From the NCBI GenBank assembly GCA_045646695.1, contig JAZRLF010000088.1:1026-65025 (forward strand): a stretch of DNA of 64,000 nt, in the 5' to 3' direction. This document shows, in pieces, positions 49,100 to 58,457 of the stretch. The notes beneath the pieces are model-generated. The model worked only from the letters and a program-made list of their open reading frames with translations, did no database searches and was not told where the DNA came from. This stretch comes from Lachnospiraceae bacterium (GTDB lineage: Bacteria; Bacillota; Clostridia; Lachnospirales; Lachnospiraceae). Position 1 is the first letter of the stretch, and each line of letters starts with the position of its first letter. Made by a program: the position numbers and the translations under genes.

Positions 49100-50551
49100 T
49101 TATTTGGTCTCTGTCAGACTGCTGTACAGCTCTTCGTATTTCTTGGCTGAAACAGTCCAGGAGAAATCTGCCGCCATGGCTCTTTCTACCATTTTATTCC
49201 ATTGGCGCTTATTCTCATAATAAACCTTTTCTGCATAACGAACAGTATCACGCATTTCGTGTGCATTGTAGTTGGCAAAGCTAAAGCCGGTGCCAGTACC
49301 TTCATATTCATTATAAGGCTCTACGGTATCCTTTAAACCACCTGTCTCGCGTACAATCGGCAAAGTACCATAACGAAGCGCCATCAGCTGACTTAATCCG
49401 CATGGTTCAAATAAGGATGGCATCAAAAATGCATCACATGCAGCATATATCTGATGGGACAACGGCTCAGAATAATAAATATTGGCAGAAACCTTATCTG
49501 CATACTTCCAGTCAAAATGACGGAACATATTCTCATACTGTACTTCACCGGTACCCAATACTACGAATTGTACATTGTCCCGGCACATTTCATCCATCAT
49601 ATGTGCAATCAGATCAAAGCCTTTCTGGTCTGTGAGTCTGGACACAATGCCAATCATCATAATCTTATCATCCTGTGCCAGACCAAGCTCCTTTTGCAAA
49701 ACACGTTTATTCTTGATCTTCTCCTTACGGAAATTTTCTGCAGAATAATTCTGGAAAATATGAGGATTGGATTCCGGATTAAAATCCTCATAATCAATAC
49801 CATTTACAATACCTGTCAGACTGTTGCTCCTTGCCTGCAATAATCCATGCAACCCTTCTCCGTAAAACTCTGTCTTAATCTCCTCTGCATAAGTGTCAGA
49901 AACCGTAGTCACTATATCCGCATAAACAATACCGCCCTTTAATAAGTTAGCATTGCCATATGCTTCTAATTTATCATATGTAAAATAATAATCAGATAAG
50001 CCTATGATATGCTTCACTGCATCAATGCCCCATTTGCCCTGGAACTTCAGATTGTGGATGGTCATAATCGTCTTAATATCCTTAAAGAAATCACTTCCTG
50101 CAAAGCTGTCCTTTAAATAAACCGGTATCAAACCGGTCTGCCAATCGTGGCAATGAATCAGATCAGGTTTAAAATCAATCAGTGGCAAAGCAGACAATAC
50201 TGCTTTGGAAAAAAATGCGTATTTTTCAATTTCAAACAGGCCGTCATCACAGTATGGCTTAGGACCTGAGAAATAAAATTCATTATCAACAAAGTAAAAT
50301 GTAATGCCGTCAACAACAGCTTCCATAATACCTACGTATACACTCTTCCAGTTGTAGTCCATGTAAAAGCTGGTCTTGTAGTCCAATTTGTCCTTCATCA
50401 CCTGCTTCATACAGCCATACTTGGGAATAAATACACGTACATCGTACTTCTCCCTATCCAGGCTTTTCGGTAAAGAACCTACAACGTCCGCCAGCCCTCC
50501 GGTCTTAATAAATGGCACGCTCTCAGACGCAACAAACAAAATGTTCTTCAT
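49100..50551 (-). CDS. glgA: glycogen synthase (ADP-glucose type)
   Basis: MKNILFVASESVPFIKTGGLADVVGSLPK (KTGGL motif), HCHDWQT, and PSLFEPCGLSQ. Confidence 0.95.
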   Translation of the reverse strand: MKNILFVASESVPFIKTGGLADVVGSLPKSLDREKYDVRVFIPKYGCMKQVMKDKLDYKTSFYMDYNWKSVYVGIMEAVVDGITFYFVDNEFYFSGPKPYCDDGLFEIEKYAFFSKAVLSALPLIDFKPDLIHCHDWQTGLIPVYLKDSFAGSDFFKDIKTIMTIHNLKFQGKWGIDAVKHIIGLSDYYFTYDKLEAYGNANLLKGGIVYADIVTTVSDTYAEEIKTEFYGEGLHGLLQARSNSLTGIVNGIDYEDFNPESNPHIFQNYSAENFRKEKIKNKRVLQKELGLAQDDKIMMIGIVSRLTDQKGFDLIAHMMDEMCRDNVQFVVLGTGEVQYENMFRHFDWKYADKVSANIYYSEPLSHQIYAACDAFLMPSLFEPCGLSQLMALRYGTLPIVRETGGLKDTVEPYNEYEGTGTGFSFANYNAHEMRDTVRYAEKVYYENKRQWNKMVERAMAADFSWTVSAKKYEELYSSLTETK

Positions 50552-50628
50552 AGTAATCCCTCCATTGTATCATTCTAAACCTTTACATATTCAGTATACT
50601 ACATCTTTCCGAATTTTAAAAGGGTATC

Positions 50629-51165
50629 TCACACTTTTTGTCTGTTTTGCAGCCGGATTCTGTCTGCAATGAGCGCAATGAACTCTGAATTGGTAGGTTT
50701 ACCCTTGCCCGTATTAATGGTATAACCAAAAAGATTGTCCAAAGTCTCCATCTTGCCACGACTCCAAGCCACCTCAATGGCATGTCTGATGGCACGCTCT
50801 ACTCTGCTTGGTGTGGTTTCAAATCTTTTGGCAATACCGGGATACAAAATCTTGGTAATGGAACTAAGTACAGAAGTATCTTCTACACTCATAATAATGG
50901 CTTCTCTTAAATACTGATATCCCTTAATATGCGCCGGCACTCCAATTTCGTGAATCATATTGGTAACCTCCCCTTCTAGATCCACAACCTTTGGCACATC
51001 CAGCTTATCAAAGACTGCCTTAAAGGTTTGAACCGGTTTGTCCTGAAGTTTACCCGCCGGCACAGTGATCATAATCTGAAATTCTTTGTCTGCCTGCATC
51101 AAATCGTCTAGTATTTTGTAAACATTGTCATTATCTCTGGTAGAGGTGAACTTATACTGTTCCAT
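50629..51165 (-). CDS. Spo0A C-terminal (DNA-binding) domain protein lacking an intact receiver domain
   Basis: The C-terminal ~110 aa is almost identical in pattern to Spo0A-C: [20 protein letters not shown]...[30 protein letters not shown]....L..LFGYT......[14 protein letters not shown]. The N-terminal part is only ~70 aa. ATG at 51165 lies 8 nt after GGAGG. Confidence 0.8.
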   Translation of the reverse strand: MEQYKFTSTRDNDNVYKILDDLMQADKEFQIMITVPAGKLQDKPVQTFKAVFDKLDVPKVVDLEGEVTNMIHEIGVPAHIKGYQYLREAIIMSVEDTSVLSSITKILYPGIAKRFETTPSRVERAIRHAIEVAWSRGKMETLDNLFGYTINTGKGKPTNSEFIALIADRIRLQNRQKV

Positions 51166-51198
51166 TCTAAAAACCTCCATGGATATTCTCTTTTCTTC

Positions 51199-51276
51199 AT
51201 TGTAAAGCAGTATTCCCACAAATACAACAAAAAGCTGTCCAATTATTCCTCCACCAATCGACACCTGGGTTCGACA
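51199..51276 (-). promoter_or_regulatory. candidate promoter and two 0A-box-like heptamers upstream of the Spo0A-like gene
   Basis: Minus strand: TGTCGAA (51276-51270) and TGTCGAT (51263-51257), then TTGTAT (51227-51222), 17 nt spacer, TACAAT (51204-51199). Confidence 0.4.
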
Positions 51277-51306
51277 TGCGCTTACAAGCCAAAAATGACC
51301 GCCGAT

Positions 51307-52509
51307 TTATAAATCCTTTTCATGCAGCACAACGCCATCCACCTTTAAGACTCGCTGCAATTCCTTCACATCCAAGGACGCAAAATCATCAGACAACGCC
51401 GCTGCAGTTCCTGCGGCCTGTCCCGTGACCGCACAACACGGAATAACCCTCATGATATCCCACATACTGTCTGTTACAGATATACATCTGCCGGCTGTTA
51501 TCAGATTTTTCACTTTCCCGGAATATAGTGTGGAAAATGGTACTTCGTAAACAGGTCCACGCTTTCTCCAATCGGAAACCATACCAATAGAATCTTCAAA
51601 AAATTGGTGTACTTCCGTATCATGAAGGGTATATTCCCCTGCAATTCTTCTTGTCATTCGAATCTGAGGCGTGGTAGCAATGGTCACCGGCATCAGCTTT
51701 TCATCAGATTCTCTGCTTTTTACAATGTTGTTAAGTGTAGCAGCATGAGAAAGCTGCATCATTTGAGATAATTCATTTCCCTCAAGCCCCGTAAATCTCC
51801 TTGGAATCAATAACTCAACTTTATTTTCTTCGTTCTTTTGATCCTCCGGAATATCTGCAACACCTACCGTATTCAGCTTATAGCCCTTTTCTCCTACCGA
51901 ATAATACCAGGCAGCCAATATATTGCCCTGTTTAAAGGTCTCCGTAGGGGCTTCTGCAAAATGCGCAATGTCACAATCGCCTGTAGCATCCACCACAGAG
52001 CGGACTTTAATGGCCTGTCTGCCGGATTTATTTTCTATGATAACTGCATCAATACAATCTTCTCCCCGGCATACTCCCACTACATAGCTTCCGTAAAGTA
52101 TATTTACACCATTTTTTATCAATAGCTGCTCTGCCAAAATTGCAAAAAGCTGGGGATTGTATTGTACCTCAAAACGCTTGTCTTTTGCAGTACGCTTAGA
52201 AGTATCATTACTGTCAAACCAATTATCCGGATACCTGTCTTCAGCGCCCATAGAAATAGAAAGTCTCAAAAGCTCTTCTGCAATACCAAAGGAAACCTGC
52301 TTTCCCAACCCATCGCACAGGGGCAGATATATGGTAATAAGTCCGGCAGTACCCAGTCCTCCCAGCATATAATTTTTTTCTACTAATATAACCTTTTTGC
52401 CTTGTCTGGCTGCTGCAAGAGCCACTGAAATGCCGGCAAATCCGCCACCGCATACAAGCACATCACAAGTATCTATTACCCTGGTTTGCAGTCTTTCTGT
52501 TATGATCAT
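51307..52509 (-). CDS. FAD-dependent oxidoreductase (GXGXXG dinucleotide-binding, FAD_oxidored-like)
   Basis: CDVLVCGGGFAGISVALAAARQGKKVILVEK..MLGG; 400 aa. Confidence 0.75.
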   Translation of the reverse strand: MIITERLQTRVIDTCDVLVCGGGFAGISVALAAARQGKKVILVEKNYMLGGLGTAGLITIYLPLCDGLGKQVSFGIAEELLRLSISMGAEDRYPDNWFDSNDTSKRTAKDKRFEVQYNPQLFAILAEQLLIKNGVNILYGSYVVGVCRGEDCIDAVIIENKSGRQAIKVRSVVDATGDCDIAHFAEAPTETFKQGNILAAWYYSVGEKGYKLNTVGVADIPEDQKNEENKVELLIPRRFTGLEGNELSQMMQLSHAATLNNIVKSRESDEKLMPVTIATTPQIRMTRRIAGEYTLHDTEVHQFFEDSIGMVSDWRKRGPVYEVPFSTLYSGKVKNLITAGRCISVTDSMWDIMRVIPCCAVTGQAAGTAAALSDDFASLDVKELQRVLKVDGVVLHEKDL

Positions 52510-52537
52510 AAAGCACCTCGCTATTCTGTCTTAAAGC

Positions 52538-53755
52538 TTATTTCGCATACAATTCCACCAGATGAAGCAAAATCTCCACACTCTGGTCCATTTTCTCTAC
52601 GGAAATTCCTTCACTCGGTCCGTGGAAATTAAATCCGCCTGTGCCCAGATTCGGACACGGAAGTCCCATATAGCTAAGCCTTGCGCCGTCTGTGCCGCCA
52701 CGAATCGGGCATTCCACAGGCTGCAAGCCCACCTTCTGAATGGCTGTTCTTGCATTGTCAATCAAATGAAAATGTGGTCTGATCTGCTCTATCATATTGG
52801 CATAGCTGTCCTTGATCATCAGCTCCAGGGTGCCCGGTCCGTACTGTGCATTTAATCGTGCCGCAATCAGTCCCATGGTATCTTTCTTAGCCTGAAACTT
52901 GGCTTCATCATGATCACGGATAATATATTCCAGTGTGGCTGTTGTCACGTCACCGGACATGTCCGTCAAATGATAAAAACCCTCTCTGCCCTCCGTATGC
53001 TCCGGCCGCTCAAACTTCGGAAGCGCCATATGAAACTCCATAGCCACATTCTGTGCATTGATCATAGTGTCCTTGGCACTTCCCGGATGCACGCTGAAGC
53101 CGTGTATAGTAACCACTGCTGCCGCAGCATTAAAATTCTCATACTCTATCTCACAAACGTCACCGCCGTCCACAGTATAGGCATAATCTGCACCAAAGCC
53201 TTCCACATCGAAGAAATCTGCTCCCTGTCCCACCTCTTCGTCCGGTGTAAAACCAATACAAAGCTTACCGTGAGGCAGCTTTTCTGCCTGAATACGCTCT
53301 ACCATTGTAAGGATCTCTGCAATGCCTGCCTTATCATCTGCACCTAAAAGGGTTGTTCCATCGGTAGTAATCAATGTATGTCCCTTTAACTTCTGTAAAA
53401 ACGGAAACTGCTTTACTGTCATGTAGGCGCCGCTTCCCGGTAACAGAATATCCTCACCATCATAATCCTCTATAATCTGTGGTTTGATATGTTCACCGCT
53501 TGCAGCATCAGAGGTATCCATATGGGCAATAAAGCCCAACGCCTTTGCCTCTTCTAATCCTTTTGTAGCCGGCAATGTGCCGTAAACATAACATTTATCA
53601 TCTACCCTGGCATCTGTTATCCCCAGTGCCTTCATCTCCTCCACCAGCTGATATGCCAAATCAAATTGGCACTTGGTAGTTGGATTGGTAGTGCTTCTTG
53701 GGTCTGAGGTAGTGTGTACCTTTATATAGTTTAAAAATCTCTCATAAGCTCGCAT
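52538..53755 (-). CDS. pepT: peptidase T (tripeptide aminopeptidase, M20B)
   Basis: FL.Y.KV.T.SD, AHMDT, GADDKAG, PDEE.G and GGTDGA motifs. Confidence 0.95.
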   Translation of the reverse strand: MRAYERFLNYIKVHTTSDPRSTTNPTTKCQFDLAYQLVEEMKALGITDARVDDKCYVYGTLPATKGLEEAKALGFIAHMDTSDAASGEHIKPQIIEDYDGEDILLPGSGAYMTVKQFPFLQKLKGHTLITTDGTTLLGADDKAGIAEILTMVERIQAEKLPHGKLCIGFTPDEEVGQGADFFDVEGFGADYAYTVDGGDVCEIEYENFNAAAAVVTIHGFSVHPGSAKDTMINAQNVAMEFHMALPKFERPEHTEGREGFYHLTDMSGDVTTATLEYIIRDHDEAKFQAKKDTMGLIAARLNAQYGPGTLELMIKDSYANMIEQIRPHFHLIDNARTAIQKVGLQPVECPIRGGTDGARLSYMGLPCPNLGTGGFNFHGPSEGISVEKMDQSVEILLHLVELYAK

Positions 53756-53926
53756 TGCAAATCTCCTTTAGCTATTTATTTCACATTGATGATTTATAGT
53801 AATGTTATTCTACGCCAACTCCAATCTCATGTCAACAAACACATCCAAATCAATCTGCCAAATTCGTTTATTCAGTAATTCAAGGCATCTGCATAATATA
53901 GCCCCTTATCAAATTACAATTTCCTC

Positions 53927-54952
53927 TTAAGCCTGGGGATTGATAATAAACTTACCCTTGGCTCTTAATTCCCCACAGGATAAAATCTCCGGTAGCTTTT
54001 CAAGAGACTCAAAGCCATACACAATACTGCTGACATCAATTTTACCATTATCAATCAGCTCCAGGGCACGCTTTTGGGTATAAGGATTGATGAAAGAAGC
54101 TTTTAATACAATTTCCTTTTTGAAAATCTCAAAAGGTTTTACAGATATTGTATCCTCCGGTGCTGTAAGACCGAACATCATAACTACGGAATTTTTGCCG
54201 GCGATGTCAATGGCCTGCTCTATGGTGCGGTTCTTACCTACACATTCGATCACGCAGGAAATGCGTGAAATATTATGGTCAGCCAATACTTCTTTGACAT
54301 TTTCCTCAATTGGGTCAATGCATAAATCCGCACCCAGCTTATAAGCAATTTTTCTTTTTGCCTCCACCGGTTCAATCATAATTAACTTTCCTGCTCCTGA
54401 AATTTTGGCAAGCTGCAGCATAATCATGCCTATCATACCACCTCCGATAATAGCTACCGTATCACCGCAGGAAATATGACACATGTCAATTCCATGGACA
54501 CAGCAGGCTACCGGCTCAGCCATGGCAGCTGCTTCATAAGACGTGGTATCGGCTAATTTATACACCTGGCTTTGCGGCACTGCACAATACTGCGCAAAAC
54601 CGCCGTTTACTCCGGTGCCTATGCCGGTCATTTCCTCACAAAAATGTCCGATTCCGCTTTTGCAGTAATAGCATTCATTACACAGCTTATTCGGGTCTAC
54701 ACAAACTCTGTCTCCGGCCTTGATTCCCTTCACCTGTGGGCCTACTGCTTCTACAACACCTGCAAATTCATGACCTAAGATAGTGCCTGCCGGTGTCGGA
54801 AAGCATCCTTCATCACCGCCAAAAATATGTACGTCCGTGCCGCACACCCCACATGCCATCACCTTTATCAACACCTCATCTGCACCTGGCGCAGGCTTCT
54901 CCACCTCCATAATTCTCAAGTCATTTGCTCCGTAAAATACTGCTGCTTTCAT
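53927..54952 (-). CDS. zinc-dependent alcohol/polyol dehydrogenase (MDR family; threonine/sorbitol dehydrogenase-like)
   Basis: CGVCGTDVH, GHEFAGVV, a structural-Zn Cys cluster CNECYYCKSG..HFC, and a GGGMIG Rossmann motif. Confidence 0.85.
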   Translation of the reverse strand: MKAAVFYGANDLRIMEVEKPAPGADEVLIKVMACGVCGTDVHIFGGDEGCFPTPAGTILGHEFAGVVEAVGPQVKGIKAGDRVCVDPNKLCNECYYCKSGIGHFCEEMTGIGTGVNGGFAQYCAVPQSQVYKLADTTSYEAAAMAEPVACCVHGIDMCHISCGDTVAIIGGGMIGMIMLQLAKISGAGKLIMIEPVEAKRKIAYKLGADLCIDPIEENVKEVLADHNISRISCVIECVGKNRTIEQAIDIAGKNSVVMMFGLTAPEDTISVKPFEIFKKEIVLKASFINPYTQKRALELIDNGKIDVSSIVYGFESLEKLPEILSCGELRAKGKFIINPQA

Positions 54953-54985
54953 CCTGATTCATCCTTTCATTCTTTACTGTTTTTT

Positions 54986-55185
54986 GGCGTTTGCGAAACT
55001 CAGCGTCTGTTAGCTGGCGCATTATATGTTCTGGCTGAAGGGCCTTGAAAAGCGTCGGTCCTTAGCGAAGCAAGACGATAGTCGCAGTCTGAGCTTAGTA
55101 CCGCTACGCATTTTCATGGAGTGAGAACGTCCCTGAAGCAGAATATATATTGCGCCAACTGACAGCTACCGAGTTTCGCAATGCC
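54986..55185. repeat. ~200-nt rod-like imperfect palindrome (family B, copy 2)
   Basis: It has the same architecture and orientation as 47173-47371, with an identical 13-nt left internal loop (GCTGAAGGGCCTT) and a 23-nt right loop differing at 4 positions. The arms are diverged but self-complementary. Confidence 0.85.
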
Positions 55186-55208
55186 TATTACATATTTTTT
55201 ATTTACAC

Positions 55209-56783
55209 TTATATTGCTATCTGATACAGTTTCCTCTGCTTCAAATAATACACATGCCTGAAGCCAATTTCTTTCAAATCCTTAATGGCTTTCCCAAAGT
55301 CCGCAGAGGCATTAGCGGAAACATGGGCATCCGAGCCTAAAGTAATTAAATATCCTCCCATCTCGTAATACCGCTTTAATATCTCTTTATCAGGCATAAA
55401 ATCCCCCAAAATCTCCAAAGAGGAGGTATTCACCTCCAAAGCAATGCCTTTTCGGATAATTGTTCTTAATATGTTATCGATTTTCTCTTGATATGCGGAC
55501 ACATCGATTCCCATATGATACATACCGTTTATGTATCTTAATGGGCAGGTCAGATGGGCTAATACGTCAAAATCCGCAAATTCCAGCATGGTCAGAATAT
55601 CGTCAAAGTAAGCATCCACATATGCAGCCGCCTCCTCTTTGGTAAGCTTTGAAAAATCTATCTTGGAATAGGCCATAGTTAAATCCTTATACTTTACCAG
55701 ATGTACAGAGCCAAGAATTACATCATAATCCACCAATTTCCGCACTTTTTCATAGACCTGAGGATGCCAGAAGCTTTCGCTGATCTCCACACCGGATAAA
55801 ATCGGATATTCTGCATGATTTTTCCGGTTCCGGGCATTCACCTGCTCATTCGCCTTTATAATTGGTGTGAATACATCATAATCCTGAAAAGAATCCGTAT
55901 CAAAATGATCCGTCACTGCCATGATAGACGTTCCATTCTTCTTCTGAGCCTGATACATCTCTTCCATGTCGCATTCAGAATCATGGGAAGCCTGGGAGTG
56001 GGTATGCATATCTGCCATCACACCTGTGATTCCTTCCGGCTTTAATTGACCGTTTGTCTCAATCACATCTGCCCCCAGCATCATGGCCTCATCCAAATCT
56101 TCATTCCTTGACAAAAGCCAAATGCCCAATCTCGCATACTCTTTTACCATATCCGCCAAAATTTTATCTGCATAAGGCACCTTCACCCACCAAGTATTTG
56201 GATTCTTATGGGGCAGCCAAACCGTTAATTGGTCTTTGGGCACAAACTCACTGATCTCTTTTAATTTTTCCCGGTTCACCTCACCATCATAATGAAAATG
56301 CATATTCGGGAACAACCTAAATGCTGCCTTTAGTTCCTCTATACTGCTACAAGTCAGGCATGCAATCTTTTCATAAGGTTTTATCAATTTAAAAAATGCT
56401 TCTTTTTGCTCCGGTGTATAATACTGATATTTGTTGTCTATTTTTAACATCACGCCGTTTCTCTCAGCCAGCTTTAAAACATCCTCGAACAAAGGAATTT
56501 TCACACCCCTAAACTTCTCAGAAAACCATAGACCAAAATCATATCCCAAAGCCTCTTCATAGGTAATATCTCCGATTAAGACCTGCTCTGTAAACAGCCT
56601 GCCGTCCTCAAATCTGCCTGTCCGGTTTATACTCTTATCATGAAGCAAAACAAATTTTAGATCCCCTGTTGGCTCTACATCCAGTTCGATGATTGGGTAT
56701 CCCTGCTCTATTGCCGCTACAAAAGCGGGCATGGTATTTTCCGGATTTTCTGTACTCACTCCTCTATGTGCCTGAAAAATCAT
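55209..56783 (-). CDS. fusion protein: glycerophosphodiester phosphodiesterase (GDPD) domain plus PHP-family (histidinol-phosphatase-like) domain
   Basis: The N-terminus MIFQAHRGVSTENPENTMPAF..A...G...IELDV is GDPD. The C-terminal half, with MADMHTHSQASHDSE...VTDHFD...GSVH....LGSDAH, is a PHP metal-binding pattern. ATG at 56783 lies 7 nt after GGAGG; the longer track ORF is an extension. Confidence 0.8.
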   Translation of the reverse strand: MIFQAHRGVSTENPENTMPAFVAAIEQGYPIIELDVEPTGDLKFVLLHDKSINRTGRFEDGRLFTEQVLIGDITYEEALGYDFGLWFSEKFRGVKIPLFEDVLKLAERNGVMLKIDNKYQYYTPEQKEAFFKLIKPYEKIACLTCSSIEELKAAFRLFPNMHFHYDGEVNREKLKEISEFVPKDQLTVWLPHKNPNTWWVKVPYADKILADMVKEYARLGIWLLSRNEDLDEAMMLGADVIETNGQLKPEGITGVMADMHTHSQASHDSECDMEEMYQAQKKNGTSIMAVTDHFDTDSFQDYDVFTPIIKANEQVNARNRKNHAEYPILSGVEISESFWHPQVYEKVRKLVDYDVILGSVHLVKYKDLTMAYSKIDFSKLTKEEAAAYVDAYFDDILTMLEFADFDVLAHLTCPLRYINGMYHMGIDVSAYQEKIDNILRTIIRKGIALEVNTSSLEILGDFMPDKEILKRYYEMGGYLITLGSDAHVSANASADFGKAIKDLKEIGFRHVYYLKQRKLYQIAI

Positions 56784-56884
56784 ATCATATCCTCCTTCTT
56801 GTCTTGGCAATGAATTTAAGTGTTTGCGAAATTCAGTGGCGTCCGGGTTTGCTGCCCAAATCACAGAAGATGCACACTTACACA

Positions 56885-56912
56885 TTGACAAATTTATATT
56901 ACTTATTATAAT
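56885..56912 (+). promoter_or_regulatory. candidate promoter for the second DeoR regulator gene
   Basis: TTGACA (56885-56890), 16 nt spacer, TATAAT (56907-56912). Confidence 0.4.
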
Positions 56913-56999
56913 AAAGTTGAACATTTCGAGCAATGTAGGACACGATTGTTGAGCAAACAATCAATCATTTGAACACATCCGGGGTATATAGGTGATTAT

Positions 57000-57716
57000 A
57001 TGAGCAAAGAAAGAGAAAAACAGATATTGGAAATTTTATTAAAAGAAAAAAGCGTCACAGTCAAGCAACTGTCGGATGCTTTATACATCAGCGAACCTTC
57101 TATAAGACGTGATCTAATGAGTCTGGAAAAGCAGAATTTGATTAAGCGTACCCACGGAGGGGCCATGCTGGAAGAAAGCGCCCTTTCTACAAATAAAATT
57201 CCTTTTTTTATCAGAGAATACGAACAAAGCAGCGCCAAGATTGTGATTGCGGGCAAGGCTATTGATCTGGTAAAGGATAATGACGTTATTTTTCTGGATG
57301 CATCCACCAGTTGTTATTATCTGATTCCTTTTCTTACCTCCAAAACCAATATCACAGTTGTTACCAATGGTGTGAAAGCTCTCACCAAGCTGGCTGAGTA
57401 CAATATTAATACCATTTCCACCGGCGGCGCACTGGTAAACAGCTGCCTGGCATTAGTTGGCGAAGAGGCCCACAAAACCATTGAAAATTTCAATGCTGAC
57501 ATTGCATTTTTTTCTTGCCGGGGACTTTCTGACGAGGGTTATCTGACAGATATTGCCCCTGATGAAAATAATATCCGTAAGAAAATGATCAAGCATTCCC
57601 AAAAATCTTTTTTGCTTTGTGCTGATGACAAGTTTGGCAAGAAATATTTTCATAATCTTTGCCACAGAAATGACATTGATGGGATTATCAGTAATGTAGA
57701 TAACAGCACCTGCTAG
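57000..57716 (+). CDS. DeoR family transcriptional regulator (GlpR-like)
   Basis: MSKEREKQILEILLKEKSVTVKQLSDALYISEPSIRRDLMSLE plus a DeoR C-terminal domain; it is flanked by two GDPD genes. Confidence 0.85.
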   Translation: MSKEREKQILEILLKEKSVTVKQLSDALYISEPSIRRDLMSLEKQNLIKRTHGGAMLEESALSTNKIPFFIREYEQSSAKIVIAGKAIDLVKDNDVIFLDASTSCYYLIPFLTSKTNITVVTNGVKALTKLAEYNINTISTGGALVNSCLALVGEEAHKTIENFNADIAFFSCRGLSDEGYLTDIAPDENNIRKKMIKHSQKSFLLCADDKFGKKYFHNLCHRNDIDGIISNVDNSTC

Positions 57717-57743
57717 ACACACCACATCAAATAACAGCACCGC

Positions 57744-58457
57744 TTAATGCGATGCTGTTATATACTGAAACAGTCTGTCCGGGAAATTTACGGTCATACC
57801 ATCCACTCCCAGTCTACACATATTTTTCATTTTGGCTAAATCCGTTACTCCCCAGGCTCTTACTCCAAGGCCATGTCCTCTCCACTTCCGGATGGATTCT
57901 TCCGTAACTAATTCTGCCATCGGTGAAATTTCTTCTCCACCGATATCCATAAGCTTTTGAATATCTTCATCACTAGGAGCTACTGTAAGCCAGCCGATTC
58001 TGGCTTCCTTATTCAATGCCTTTATATTCTTGATATAATCGTACTGAAAACTTGTAAAGGTCGTCTTATGCATGATTTGAAATTCTTCTGACATTTTAAG
58101 AACATCTTCCTCTAATCCTGCACCTTTCAGTTCGATAGCAAAATGAATGTCATGCTTTGAAAAATGCTCCAGAAATTCTCTATAGGTCACAATCCTGTCA
58201 TAAAAACCGGTTGTACTGTTGCCGTAAATCTTAAATTCCTTAAGCTCTGCCAGTGTATAATCACTGATATATCCGGTACCGTCAGAAACTCGGTCCAAAG
58301 TATCGTCATGAAATAAAACAAGGACACCGTCCTTTGTTCTTTGTACGTCGGTCTCAATTCCGTTTGCTCCCTGCAAAAGTCCCAAATAAAAAGAAGACAA
58401 CGTGTTTTCCGGTGCATATTCACTGGCACCTCTGTGTGCATAATTAATCATTTCCAT
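57744..58457 (-). CDS. glycerophosphodiester phosphodiesterase
   Basis: INYAHRGASEYAPENTLSSF..G...GANGIETDVQ.TKDGVLVLFHD..L.R; 237 aa. Confidence 0.9.
   Translation of the reverse strand: MEMINYAHRGASEYAPENTLSSFYLGLLQGANGIETDVQRTKDGVLVLFHDDTLDRVSDGTGYISDYTLAELKEFKIYGNSTTGFYDRIVTYREFLEHFSKHDIHFAIELKGAGLEEDVLKMSEEFQIMHKTTFTSFQYDYIKNIKALNKEARIGWLTVAPSDEDIQKLMDIGGEEISPMAELVTEESIRKWRGHGLGVRAWGVTDLAKMKNMCRLGVDGMTVNFPDRLFQYITASH

Noticed and set aside
51166-51264. 33-aa N-terminal extension of the Spo0A-like ORF ([17 protein letters not shown]...)
   Set aside because: The GGAGG that lies 8 nt before ATG 51165 sits inside this extension. The extension would also cover the predicted promoter and does not resemble a receiver domain.
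47173-55185. Family B elements considered as 6S RNA genes (rod of ~200 nt with a conserved central bubble)
   Set aside because: The architecture is superficially 6S-like. However, two full copies 7.6 kb apart plus a solo arm at 56820-56845 fit a dispersed repeat family better. I also see no promoter immediately upstream of either copy. This is kept as a test (Rfam 6S model) rather than a call.
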